DNA from: Octopus bimaculoides
Lineage: Eukaryota
Direction of reading: 5' to 3'
Assembly (NCBI RefSeq): GCF_001194135.2
Contig: NC_069002.1
Coordinates: 17,071,423-17,135,422 of the forward strand
Length of the DNA stretch: 64,000 bases
In this document: positions 48,915-60,699 of the stretch, piece by piece
How positions within the stretch are numbered: position 1 is the stretch's first letter
Layout of the letters: each line of letters begins with the position of its first letter
Notes under the pieces: model-generated
Told to the model about the DNA's origin: nothing
Databases searched by the model: none
What the model saw: the letters and a program-made list of their open reading frames with translations, nothing else
Program-made: the position numbers and the translations under genes

Positions 48915-50035
48915 ATTGAGTGAGAGAGCAGTGTATGCCATCAAAGTGACCCAATATACCTATCATGACTACCTATCTGATTAGGGTACACCAGGTACAT
49001 CACGTCCACATGATGATCTCAGATCAAGATATACAGTGCATGACCTTGCAGGTGAGGACCAGTTAAAATTTTCTTCTGGTCAAGTAGCCCATTCTTCTCA
49101 AAAGGTCCCTGAATAAGAGTTGTTTAAGTATGATGAACAAAACACCCATGTTTCCAGAGGTGAATTATTCAAACCCCAATAATTCCTCTCAATACATGGC
49201 TATGATGCTCCCCCACTACTTCTGCTCATGATCAGAGATGCATAGATAATCAGCCACTATGGGACATGCTCAGCTGGTTAAGGTCAAACAACTGACAAGC
49301 AAATCTACAGTATTGAGCAGAATAATTGATGTAGCCCATCTTATTATTTTTATTGTTGTTATTGTCATTATTAAGGTGGCAAGTTGGCAGAACCATTAGC
49401 ATGCCAGGCAAAATACTTAGCAGCATTTTGTCCATCTTCACATTCTTAGTTCAAATTCTGCTGAAGTCAACTTTGCCTTTCATCCTTTTGGATTCAATAA
49501 AATAAGTACCCCAAAATTTCAGGCCTTATGCTTATAGTGGAAATTATTATTATTGAGTGAGAGAGCAGTGCATGTTATCGAAGTGACACTGGGTAAAATA
49601 TACGAAGCCCAATATACCCATCATGACTACCCGTCTGATAAGGGTACACCAAGTACATGCATCACAGCCATATGTGCATGACATGGTGATCTCATATCAA
49701 GATAAACAGCACATGACCTTGCAGGTTAAAATTTTTTTCAGGTCAAGTAGCCTATCCCATTCAAAAGGTCTCTGATTAAGGATTGTTTAAGGATGTTGAA
49801 CAAAGCACCCATGTTTCCAGAGGTGAATTATACAAACACCAAAGAATTCCTTTCAACACATGGCTATGATGCTCCTCCACTACTTCTGCTCATGATCAGG
49901 GATGCACATATCGCCAGCCACCAAGGAACATGCTCAACTGGTTACGGTCAAACAACTGACAAGCAAATCTGTGGTATTGAGCAGAATATTTGCTGTAGCC
50001 CATCTTTTATTCCAAGACAAAGCAATGTACATGAT
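48915..50035 (+). repeat. Two adjacent copies of a ~430-bp interspersed repeat separated by a SINE
   Basis: GAGTGAGAGAGCAGTG...GACAAGCAAATCT..GTATTGAGCAGAATA at 48915-49345 and 49555-50030. Confidence 0.8.
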
Positions 50036-50051
50036 AATAATAATAATAATA

Positions 50052-50093
<42 letters not shown>

Positions 50094-50199
50094 GTATCTA
50101 ACTTACTCAGTTTATTGCTGGAGGTACCTTTAACGTGTCAGTTGTTCACTTCCTGTGAACACACTTTGGCTCATATTCATCTAATTTTTTCACTTTTTC

Positions 50200-50650
50200 T
50201 AATTTAGACTTGTTAAATACTTTCTAGTGAACCATTCTGGCAACATTGTCGTGCCTTCAGTTGTATTCTGTCTGAGCCAATTTGCTGCATTCACTTAAAA
50301 TATGCCACAATTTCACCACTCTGAGGAATGATTAGTTCACTATTTGATATAGTTTATTCGCAACACTTGTTCCTGAACTGCATATATCTAGGCTCTACTA
50401 AATATACCTTTGTTCCTGTCCTACATATATGTAGGCCCCTGGCTCCCTGTTTCAAGTCACTCTTTTTATAACCACATCCATCTTTTATCTGGATCTGTGT
50501 TACTTTGTATTTCTCTCTCAAGAACTAACCATGCATCTTCTTCACCATTCAGTTGTTTTCCTTCTTTGTTTCTGTCTTTCGTTTGTAATTTATCTGATCT
50601 TGATTGCTTTCTGTATGTAATAGACCTGCCTTCCTTACTTGCACTTCATG
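50200..50650 (-). mobile_element. R4/Dong-like LINE C-terminal fragment
   Basis: AVQEQVLRINYIK and AQTEYN.RHDNVARMVH match the AAQEQA.RTNYIK / RRHDNVA..VHW pattern. Confidence 0.6.
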
Positions 50651-51060
50651 TCATTTATATATCATGCACCTGCCTTCCTGACCTGCACAAACAGTGCTTC
50701 CTTTGCAATGTTTATGTAACAAGCACTTGCCTTCTTACTTGTACTAGTTGTGCTTCTTTTGTATTCTTTAAATTCCAAGCTTATTGTTATTATTATTATT
50801 ATAATTATAGTGTATCAGTGCCAAGCAGTGTTTAGGCATAAGTGAACTTTAGGTTAGTTGAAGTCACAAACATATTTCAACTAACCTCAATTTAGCTTAT
50901 GCATAAAAACTGCTTGGTACTGATATTGTAGTAATTTTTTACGACTTAGCAGTCTAATGGCACAACTTAGTCAATGTTGATGACTGTGTTTTAGTTAAAG
51001 CTACAGCTGTAAGTCTGTAAGAGTTGTCTCTCTTCGAAATTTCCCATTGATAATGGCTAA

Positions 51061-51154
51061 AGAGCTAGAAACACATCTGAGAATCCAACAGGGGGCACCA
51101 CTGGACAAGAGCTAGAAACACATATGAGAATCCGACAGGGGGTAGCACTGGACA
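51061..51154. repeat. 47-bp tandem duplication
   Basis: AGAGCTAGAAACACAT.TGAGAATCC.ACAGGGGG...CACTGGACA x2. Confidence 0.9.
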
Positions 51155-51699
51155 GATATAGAGTTTTTACACATTTTTGCCATAAGTGAATTTGCATTTA
51201 GAAGTTGAAATATGTCACAAACATATTTTAACTAAAACTAAAGTTTGCTTATTATAATTATGTTTTGCTTTTAATTTATACAAGCCGCACCCAGGTCTCA
51301 ATCAGAGATGCCAAGGGACAAGATTTTACATCTAAAGATGCAAACAGGTGTGACACTATGCAATTGATAAAATTGATATTTGTGTGTTATAAAGGAAACA
51401 AAATCATTATATAAAATTTATAATACAACTGAATGAGTAAGATTGTATTTACATGGAGAGGAATTTATGTAAAATATTTGAGGCCCCTGTTAGAAAGATC
51501 TTTTTGCAATTCACTTATTTTGGAACTACTGAGAACTTGGTCTACAAATTTGCTTTTTTTGATATTGTTACATGCCCTCTATCACATAGTATACAATATT
51601 GTGATGTAGACTGAAAATATTATGTTAACCGGATTTGTTGTTGTTGTTGTTATATAATGATGTTGATATTGATTTTTTTTTTTTTCATTTTGTCTTCAG

Positions 51700-51765
51700 T
51701 TTATTGAAAGTGTGAAGGGAACATTATCATCATTCCTTGAGTCATCACATACGGACACTTTGCAG
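51700..51765 (+). CDS. GCLM: GCLM coding exon 2 (FIESVKGTLSSFLESSHTDTLQ)
   Basis: Poly-T tract plus CAG acceptor, GTAAAC donor, 66 nt, phase 0/0. Confidence 0.8.
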
Positions 51766-52403
51766 GTAAACTATCAAAAGCTGCAGTATATTAACTTTTC
51801 CTTTCTGGCTACTATTTTATAACAGAAACTCAATTCTCTTCTTATATGTCTACTCACATCAGTGAGCAGTGGGAAAAATGTAAGCCTGTTGACCCATATA
51901 ACTATGAATAGCTGTGACATTCTTTAGACTGGGAAACTCTTCTTCACCAGACCTAGTACCATCAGATTTTCACTTATTCAGATAAACTTGAACATTTTAC
52001 GAGTGGAAAAACATTGAGAAGTGGAGATGATGCCAACACAGTGCTCCAAACACTTTTCTCTTTTAAAAAACCTGATTTTTTTTTAGCCTGAGGAATCAGG
52101 AAACTTGTTTTGAGGTTAGGAAAATATTATTGCTAACAATGACAATAATGATGAAGGAATAAATATATTTGCAAGATGTTTTATAGATGGAATTGGGACA
52201 TTACTTTATGGTGTCACTGATTGTGTGTGTGTGTCTGTCTATGTGTATTAAAAGTAATTTTATTGTGTTATAAAAAATATTTATCATAGACAGGCTGTTG
52301 GGGTTCTTTTACTCCTCTTTTTAATATTGATTAAATTTTATGAGCTTTCAATTCATAATAACAGCATAAAGTGATTGTTCATCCAAGTTTATCTCCATTA
52401 TAG

Positions 52404-52485
52404 AACGTTCCAAAACTCAACTGCATCCATTCTGAATTTAAGGAAGCTTTACCAAAGGAAGAACGATCAGAACTGAAATTAACAG
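52404..52485 (+). CDS. GCLM: GCLM coding exon 3 (NVPKLNCIHSEFKEALPKEERSELKLT)
   Basis: ccattatag acceptor, GTACAT donor. EERSELK resembles the GCLM EREEMK motif; phase 0/1. Confidence 0.87.
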
Positions 52486-52574
52486 GTACATTTCTTCTAG
52501 TAGCAAGCAGCCAAGCTGATTGAAAATTCTGTTTTTTATAAATTATAAATAGTTTTTGTTTGCAGCCCATGCTG

Positions 52575-52862
52575 GTGCAATGGTGATTTAAACCATTGGT
52601 ACAGTTTTGTATTTAAGAGATGAGGAATTATGTATATTATTTACATTTGTCGGATATTTGTCATCTTCTTTGTTGTTAACACAATGTTTCGGTTGATATA
52701 CCCTCCAGCCTTCATCAGGTGTCTTGGGGAAATTTTGAACCTGGGTTCTCATTCCTAAGGTATTTTCCGATGTTATTATTATTATTATTCAGGTCACTGC
52801 CTGGAATCAAACTTAGAATCTTGGGGTTAGTAGCCCACACTCTTAACCACTACGCCATATGC
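52575..52862 (-). mobile_element. tRNA-headed SINE-like unit carrying a hammerhead motif
   Basis: A box TGGCGTAGTGG and B box GTTTGATTCC (52862-52790), an (AAT)n spacer, then the hammerhead core at 52723-52678. Confidence 0.7.
52678..52723 (-). ncRNA. Minimal type I hammerhead ribozyme motif
   Basis: GACAC-CTGATGA-A-GG(C)TG..CA(A)CC-GAAAC-ATT-GTGTT. Stem I GACAC/GTGTT and stem II pair; position 16.2 is A rather than G in this copy. Confidence 0.65.
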
Positions 52863-52889
52863 TCACAATTACGGAGTGAATTTTAGGGT

Positions 52890-53910
52890 TTATAAATCTA
52901 ATATTTTCCTATCCTTCCTTAATACCGGTTCCCATATGCTATTCATATCTGCACTCAGTCTGCTTAGGAGGTTGTGTCCTAGCATATGTGCTGCTTCTTT
53001 TAGTTTTCGTATTTTCCAGTGGTGTTCTCTGTCTATTCTGTTAACTTCATCCCACAGAGGAAGGTCATCTTCGCTTTTCCATACATGATCAGCTATACCC
53101 GATGTTTCAACATCTCCTCGTGTCACAGCTTTGCGATGTTCCTCTACCCTTATTTTGAGGGGGTGACATGTTTCGCCTTTGTATAACCTATCACAGCTGC
53201 ATGGGATGGAGTACACGCAGTTTTTGGTCATATTCTCTTCTATTGGTAGTTTTACCTGAAGGAGATATTTGCGAAGTGCTGTATTACTCTTGAATACTGT
53301 CCTGATGTCATATGGGCCATATATCATTTGTATCTTTTTGGAGAGGCCTTTCACATAGGGTAGACAGACTGTAGACAGTTTATTGGTTTCACCCTCTCTT
53401 TTCCTCATAATTGCAGTAGATAGTATGTTTTTGGGGTAGTTGTTGCTTAATAGATTGTTACTGAGCTTGATCATTTCTTCGTGGTGGGTATCGCGATCGC
53501 TACTTATATTCTTTGCTCGATGTTTTAGGCACTGAGCAATTCCTCTCTCTACACTGTATGGATAGTGAGAATTGAAGTTTAGGTATTGTCCAGTGAAGGT
53601 TGGCTTGTGGTATATGGATGTCCTGAATCCATACTTGGTACGTGTTATTAATATGTCCAGGAAGGCTAGCTGATTGTCTTTTTCTTTTTCTATTGTGAAC
53701 TGTATGGATGGCTTTATTAAGTTCACATGGTCTAACAGCACTTGGACATCTTCCTGGTGGGGCCAGAGAATAAAGGTGTCATCAACATATCGCAGCCATA
53801 GGCTTGGTTTTAGTGTTGTTGAGAATTTGGCTTTAGGATCAACACCACTAAAACCAACCCTATGGCTGCAATATGTTGATGACACCTTTATTCTCTGGCC
53901 CCACCAGGAA
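52890..53910 (-). mobile_element. Penelope-like element (Penelope/Poseidon-type), 5'-truncated RT plus GIY-YIG
   Basis: WLRYVDDTF, FLDILI, IYHKPTFTGQYLNFNSHYP, CVYSIPCSCDRLYKGET...R..EH and R.LKEAAHM are all in one open frame. Confidence 0.92.
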
Positions 53911-54289
53911 TTCTCTGGGTTTTGAATAAATGTAACCAAAGCAAAATTTGAAGAAAATATTAGCCATTTTTCATACTTTCTAGGGGTAAGCAAATAGGAA
54001 ATAACAGTTGCTACCCACAGACAAAAATCATGCTACACAGTATTATCAGTCCAGAGACAAACAGCAATTAAAAATAACAGGCTTATTGGGGCTATTATAA
54101 TTAGCAGAGCTCCAAATGACTTTACTATCTAAAATATCAACAATATCAACTCAAATGTAAGAAGCCCCTCACAAATTTCCCATCAGCACTAAAAGGAATC
54201 ACAGTTTTTAAAATCCCAGTGAGGACATATTTATATATAATGTGCTCCTTGATACAAATGAGTTTGAATAAACAATAGAATAGACATGG

Positions 54290-55960
54290 TTATTGTTGAA
54301 GGCACTTTCCTTTGCCAGATGTTAGAGTTATCCTGCATGTCAGGAAGACGGTGCTATTCAGTAAAGATTCAACTTGGTTCAAGGAATCTAACCCTGAGGG
54401 TTCCTTTGATGTAGCTATGGGAGTATATGACATCGTCGACGTTTGTGATCTTATCAGACTACATCCTGAACATGTTAGGGAAGAGGTTTCCTTCGGTCCT
54501 CTTTGGCCTGTACAGAGATGATGCCCTAGCCATCTCTAGAGGAGCCAATGGCCACACATTAGATAGACTTAGAAAGAACCTAATTAGTACCTTAGGCTCA
54601 ATGGGTCTTAAGATCACCATTGAAACTAATCTCACCAAAGTAGATTTCTTGGATGTTGTTTTAGATCTGGGCTCTGGTACATACAGGCCCTATCACAAGC
54701 CAAACGAGAGACTGCCTTATATTAACACAGCCTCCTACCACTCCTCTATAATTTTCAAGAACCCAGTGAAAGGTGTAAGCAAGAGGCTATCGAATCTATC
54801 CTCAAACCAAGATATCTTCAATGCCACTGTCCCCTACTACAATGAGGTTCTGGCATCGAGTAGGTTTAAGGACCGCATCTCCTACATGCCTGGCCCTTGC
54901 ACCAGGAAAAGGAAGTGCCACAGAAATGTTGTTTGCTTTGCTCCACCCATCTCGCTCAATGTCAAGACTTGTGTGGGAAACATTTTCCTTAGATTGATAG
55001 ACAATCATTTCACACACACACATAGATACGGGCATTTATTTAACAGACACCACCTAAGAGTCTCCTTTAGTTGTGCACCTAACATAAAAAACATTTTAAC
55101 AAGTACCCACTATACGAGGGAGGAAGCAGGTTGTTCTTGCAGAGTATATAATAACTGTCCAGTAGGAGGCCAATGCGAGGCTGAAGGGGTCATTTATGTG
55201 ACTACATAATACCTAGAACTGCTATCTGCAATAACAGTAACATACCATCCAACAGCAATATTAGCAGATTAACCAGATCTCACACCAATACAATTGCCAC
55301 ACGCTGAGATAATAACCAGTCCAGGACCACTGTCACAGAGAGCGTCACCAAAGACCCTGGTACCACCACCACCACAGATAATGAACAAACCATAGATACA
55401 GATAGAGTGACCATGACCACAATGCATGTTACCACCAGTACAATTGCCACACCTAGAAATGATGACCAGTCCAGGACCAGCGACGTGGAAGAGGTATCCA
55501 CCATTCCTAGTGCCACCACCACAGATCATGACCAAATAATTATCTTCAACACCAATGGGATAACCAGCTCCACACCATATGTTACCAGGGATGCGAATAG
55601 GGCCACGTCCCATATTTGTAAATATACTGGATCTGTGAGTACTTCTTTCAAGTGACATTTTCTTAACCACCAGTCATCCTTCAGAGTCCCAGAAAGACGA
55701 TTTGTCACGTCCCTGGCCCACCATGTGTGGCACCTCAAAGATCAAGGGACCCTGTGTGCTATCAGGTGGAAATTATTTGATCGTCCGGGCCCATATATTA
55801 ATGGATGTGGCCATTGCAAGATCTGCATCATGGAGAGAGCCAAAATTCTTAAGGACTATATGAAACCTGATGCATTAAATAGTTGGAAAGAAGTGTTTTC
55901 TAAATGTATCCACTAGCACTACTTACTGGAAAATTTGATTTCCCTGTTTGCAGGCTAAGC
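54290..55960 (+). mobile_element. Penelope-like element, Naiad-type RT plus interrupted GIY-YIG
   Basis: FDVAMG.YD..DVCDL, GLYRDDAL, DFLDV.LDL...YRPY.KPN, CSCR...CP..G.C, YTG, C.IC..E and CIH motifs; several stops and frameshifts. Confidence 0.88.
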
Positions 55961-56849
55961 CTCTTTGGATCTACAAAGGTTGTTTTGTCTTCTGCTTCCT
56001 CATTAACGTTTTTTTTTTTTTTTTTTTTTTTTGTTACGATTTATATCTCGATTTCTGAGCATTTCCTCACATCCGCAACATAGAAATTTTAAATTTTGGG
56101 CTTTGTGGATGCAAAACCTCGGCTAACTCTATATCCAAGATATAAAGTTTTGTTGCAATAATTACTGCTCTATTCTTTAGAGTGTGCTTCTTTCTGATAT
56201 ATGTTTTTATTTACTATATATATGTGTTTGTGTGTGTGTGTGTGTGTATCATTCTCATCATTTAATATCTGCTTTCTATGCTGGCATGGTTTGGATGGTT
56301 TGGCAGAAGACTGTACTAGACTTCAGTGTTTGTTATAACACTTGAAATGCTTAAAGGATTGTATGTAATATTGAAGGTTTTAAGAGACTCTTAAATAAAC
56401 AAGTTGAAAGGGCAGCTATGGATGATGAGAAGCAGGATGATCATCAGTGAAGAATGAAATGGAAGTTGGTAAATAACAAAAAAGAAAATGAATGAAACGT
56501 CTAAATTTGGATTTGCTCATGTTTGTGGTTTTTGTTGATGTGATGAATATTTGAATTTGCATATGTAAATGCAATCTAATCCATAATAAATCTGTTTTTC
56601 TTTATCCATCAGACACAAATTATAAAGGTTTTACTTGTTAGCTCATGAAAAATGTTTGTTTGTAAGTAAAAGTATAGTTCCACTCACTCTTGGAAGAAAT
56701 ATGTTTGTATTAAAAAAATGTGTCTTGTGTATACATGCATGCATGCATACATACATACATACATACAAACATACATATGTACATACGTGTGCATGCACAC
56801 GCACATACATAAATAATCAGTAAATATAGCAGTTTATTTTGTTTTGCAG

Positions 56850-56909
56850 TGAAAATATTTTTATACAACAATCAACCTGCGACAATTGTTAGAGATGCAG
56901 TTAAGAAAG
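56850..56909 (+). CDS. GCLM: GCLM coding exon 4 (VKIFLYNNQPATIVRDAVKK)
   Basis: ttttgcag acceptor, GTACAT donor, 60 nt, phase 1/1. VKIF resembles AKLF. Confidence 0.87.
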
Positions 56910-58779
56910 GTACATGTTCGTTTTTATTCTATTTATCCTCATCAAGACCATCACCACTATCATCATCATTGTTTTAATGCCCACTTTTACTTGCTTGCAT
57001 GTGTCAGATGGTATTTGTCGAGGCAAATTTTCTTTGGTTGCAGAGACAAGATGTAAGCAAGATGAGTGGATGGATATGAATTGTTCTAAGTTCTAGTCTG
57101 TTTCAAGCATGCCGTTATTTCTGTGTAAAATATTGTATTCTAAATAGTCTCATAAACAAAGGGAAATTGATCTCCCATATGCTCAATGCCATATAATAAG
57201 AAATAAATAACATTTTCATTGAAAGTACCTCAATGCTTAGAAATCAATTATATTATATTACATTTCCATTAAATATTTTGTCGATGTAACCATTAGAATT
57301 TGTAAAAGTACCTCTTAAGTTTTGATTTTATTTTCTTCTCGTATGCCCTATATTTGTAATTATTTTCATATCTTACTAACATTTTACTTCTCCTCCATAG
57401 AATATGGTATTCTAACCTCTCATACATTCTCTTATACCATATAGTCCATTCCAGTATTCAGTGTCTCATGATTCCAGTATTCTTACCTTTCATACATTCT
57501 CACCAATCAGAATACTGGAATGAACTTATAAGTCCATTCCAGTATTCTGTATCTTGTATTTCTACCACTCATACATTCTCACCTATCACCATTCCACATA
57601 TTCCAGTATTTTTACCATTCATACATTTTCAGCTCTTATCATAATCATCATCATTGTCTAACATCCGCCTTCCATGTGCTAGCATGGGTGGGATGGTTTC
57701 ACAAGAGCCGGCCAGGCCAAAGCCTGCATCAAACTTCTGTGACTGTTTTGGCAGGATTTTTATAGCTGAATACCCTTCCTAACACCAACCACTCAGCAGA
57801 GTGGACTTAGTGCTTTTCACATGACACAAGCACAGGTGTTGTTGGTTTTGGCAAGGTTTTTACAGCTGGATGCCCTTCAGAACACCAACCATTTCACAGT
57901 GTGGACTGGGTGCTTTTAAGTGGCACCTGCACTGACAGGGTCACCAAGTACTTGCAAGACAAAAAAAGAGAAAAAGCTTTCAAGAGGGGAGGGGGCGTAG
58001 GAGGAGGTGATCTTGTGTCAGATGATGAAAGGTTATAGTGAGACACAGAGACAGAAACAAGTGCCTTGCTGTAGAGGAAGTAGTACAAAGTTACCCGGCC
58101 AGAGAGCAGGAGATCAGGAATGGAGACAGAAACAGGTGTGCTACTGCAAAGGAAATACATGGTTACCCAACCTGAGGGAAGTGCAAGAGAAGGAGAGAGA
58201 GAATAGGAGAGAGACAGCAGGATAAAGATGGTGGCAAAATGCCAGAGATACTCACAAGGGACGGGGGATCAGAATATAAATGGGATGGTTGAGTAAAGGA
58301 AGAGAGAGATATAGATGGTGGCAAGTGCCAGGGCATACTCTTGTGGCAGGATATTGCAAAGGAAGTGTGATTAAAGAGTGTGGAGGGGGGAGTGAGTGGC
58401 AAAAACCTGGGCATATATATATATAGACGGAGGAGCTACTGGATAGCAATGATACAGAAGAACAGGGGCTTGAGGACAGTGAGAGCTAGGCATAGCGTAT
58501 GAAGGAGGAAATGTGAGCCAGAGATGTGGAGATGTAGATTGGTTTGTTGGGAAATTTTTTCTTGTTACGTGTGGGTGGAACACATGGGTCAGGGGCTAAC
58601 AGAGAGAATGATGCAGTGGCACAAGGCCAACAAGACAGGATTGGAGAGTGGGAGGTAAGTCTAGTGCATGAAGTGGAAATGTGAGGAAGAGAAGAGATTT
58701 AGAGATGTAGTTTGGTTTGTTGTGTTAGAATGTGTGAGAAGTTTTCTTATTAAGTTTTGGTGAGAGAATCAGCACTTCT

Positions 58780-59030
58780 AGAACTCAGTTTTGCTGATGT
58801 GGGCAGCTCTTCTCTAGAACTTCATATCGCCAGACATCTTGGTCCTTTGTCATATCCACTATGAGGCCCAACATCCTGAGATTGGTCCTTACCACTTCAT
58901 CCCACATCTTCTTGGGTCTCCTTCTTTTGTGGGTATCATCCACTCCCAGTGATTGGCACTACTTTATGCAGCTGTCCTCATTCATACATATCACATATCC
59001 AAACCAATGTAGTCTTCTCTCTCGCAGACT
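58780..59030 (-). mobile_element. RTE LINE 3' fragment
   Basis: RLHWFGYV..MNEDSCIK ... RRRPKKMWDEVVR.NLRMLGL. Confidence 0.75.
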
Positions 59031-59826
59031 TAGACATGTTTTCTGTTATTTTGTTCTAAACCAGTCGTATTTAATGATCTTTCTGCAATCAGAGAGGATG
59101 AAGATCTTACTTTTCTTGATTCCGTTCTCTTTTTTTTCCCATTCCATTTTTTTGCACCAACCTTCTTCATGTTTTTTCTTATTTTCTTACTGTCCAGCAT
59201 CCTTGTTTTTAAAATATATATATATAATGCATAAACAGGGCCCGAAAGTTTGCTTTTAGATACATGGCATATTTTATAAGCATTCCTGTTCAAGTATCAT
59301 GAAACAATTAGTAGCTCTTTNNNNNNNNNNNNNNNNNNNNNNNNNNNNNNNNNNNNNNNNNNNNNNNNNNNNNNNNNNNNNNNNNNNNNNNNNNNNNNNN
59401 NNNNNNNNNNNNNNNNNNNNNNNNNNNNNNNNNNNNNNNNNNNNNNNNNNNNNNNNNNNNNNNNNNNNNNNNNNNNNNNNNNNNNNNNNNNNNNNNNNNN
59501 NNNNNNNNNNNNNNNNNNNNNNNNNNNNNNNNNNNNNNNNNNNNNNNNNNNNNNNNNNNNNNNNNNNNNNNNNNNNNNNNNNNNNNNNNNNNNNNNNNNN
59601 NNNNNNNNNNNNNNNNNNNNNNNNNNNNNNNNNNNNNNNNNNNNNNNNNNNNNNNNNNNNNNNNNNNNNNNNNNNNNNNNNNNNNNNNNNNNNNNNNNNN
59701 NNNNNNNNNNNNNNNNNNNNNNNNNNNNNNNNNNNNNNNNNNNNNNNNNNNNNNNNNNNNNNNNNNNNNNNNNNNNNNNNNNNNNNNNNNNNNNNNNNNN
59801 NNNNNNNNNNNNNNNNNNNNNNNNNN

Positions 59827-59866
<40 letters not shown>

Positions 59867-59904
59867 ACAGTAACAAATTGTTGTTTTCTGTACTTTGTTT
59901 CCAG

Positions 59905-60119
59905 TTCTCAGTGAACTTGATGTGGAATACATAGAAACTGTTTTGCTATCATGGCATGCTGAGTTTGGTGAAGACGAAGATGAAGATGAACTAAGATTAA
60001 AGCACTTGCAACCTTACTGGGAAGTCCTGCAAGACTTACATGATGACGATCTATTGCTTAATGCTGGAGTCTCTGACTTAGACAGAGATCTGTTGGAAGA
60101 ATTATATGAGTGGGCAAAG
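59905..60119 (+). CDS. GCLM: GCLM coding exon 5 (VLSELDVEYIETVLLS...HLQPYWEVL...GVSDLDRDLLEELYEWAK)
   Basis: Diagnostic HLQPYWE and SDLD...LY.WA motifs; ttccag acceptor, GTTAGT donor. Confidence 0.95.
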
Positions 60120-60699
60120 GTTAGTGTTTGAACATGAGCAAAACTTGTTAACATTTTAATAGTCCAGGCATGACTCAGTGGTTAAGAAATTTGCTTCCCA
60201 ACTATATGGTTTCTGATTCAATTCCACTGCATGTTCCCTTGGGCAAGCATGTGTGTGTATGCTTGTATCTTATTTTGACATCATATGGTAGTTGTAGATG
60301 AGTGTCACTGCCAAACAAGCAGTGTCGTTCATTTTCAGTAATCTGCAAACAATGAGTCTGGTCATGGGGGAATATTCCCTTGCTTGGAAACAGATAAGGA
60401 TTAGTAACAGGAAGGGCATCTGGCCGTAGAAAATTTGCTTCAATAATCTCTGTCCAACCCATGCATGAGTGGAAAAGTAGACATTAAAACAATAATGATG
60501 ATGCTGTTGTGATGTTTGCAGTGAAAACGTCTGTATTACATTAGCACAATAACTGCCAGATGACTTACAGACTACGACTAACAAACCTTACTACTAACAG
60601 AAATTTTATTATGGGCCCAGAGTAAGATATATTACTCTGCGTGGGGCCAACAATGTGTTCCACTTTGTATTACACAGTTGGAAGATATGTTTTTTTGCC

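Noticed and set aside
52790-52862. tRNA gene (also the tRNA-like heads near 6950, 9850, 12060, 15060 and 48540)
   Set aside because: Acceptor and anticodon stems are incomplete and each continues into a repeat body. These are SINE heads, not tRNA genes.
55290-55920. In-frame TGA codons in the Naiad-type PLE read as selenocysteine (some Naiads are known to encode selenoproteins)
   Set aside because: The TGAs fall at Arg-like positions (FK*HF; the duplicate unit has AGA), there are also TAG/TAA stops and frameshifts, and I see no SECIS-like hairpin downstream. Ordinary decay explains them.
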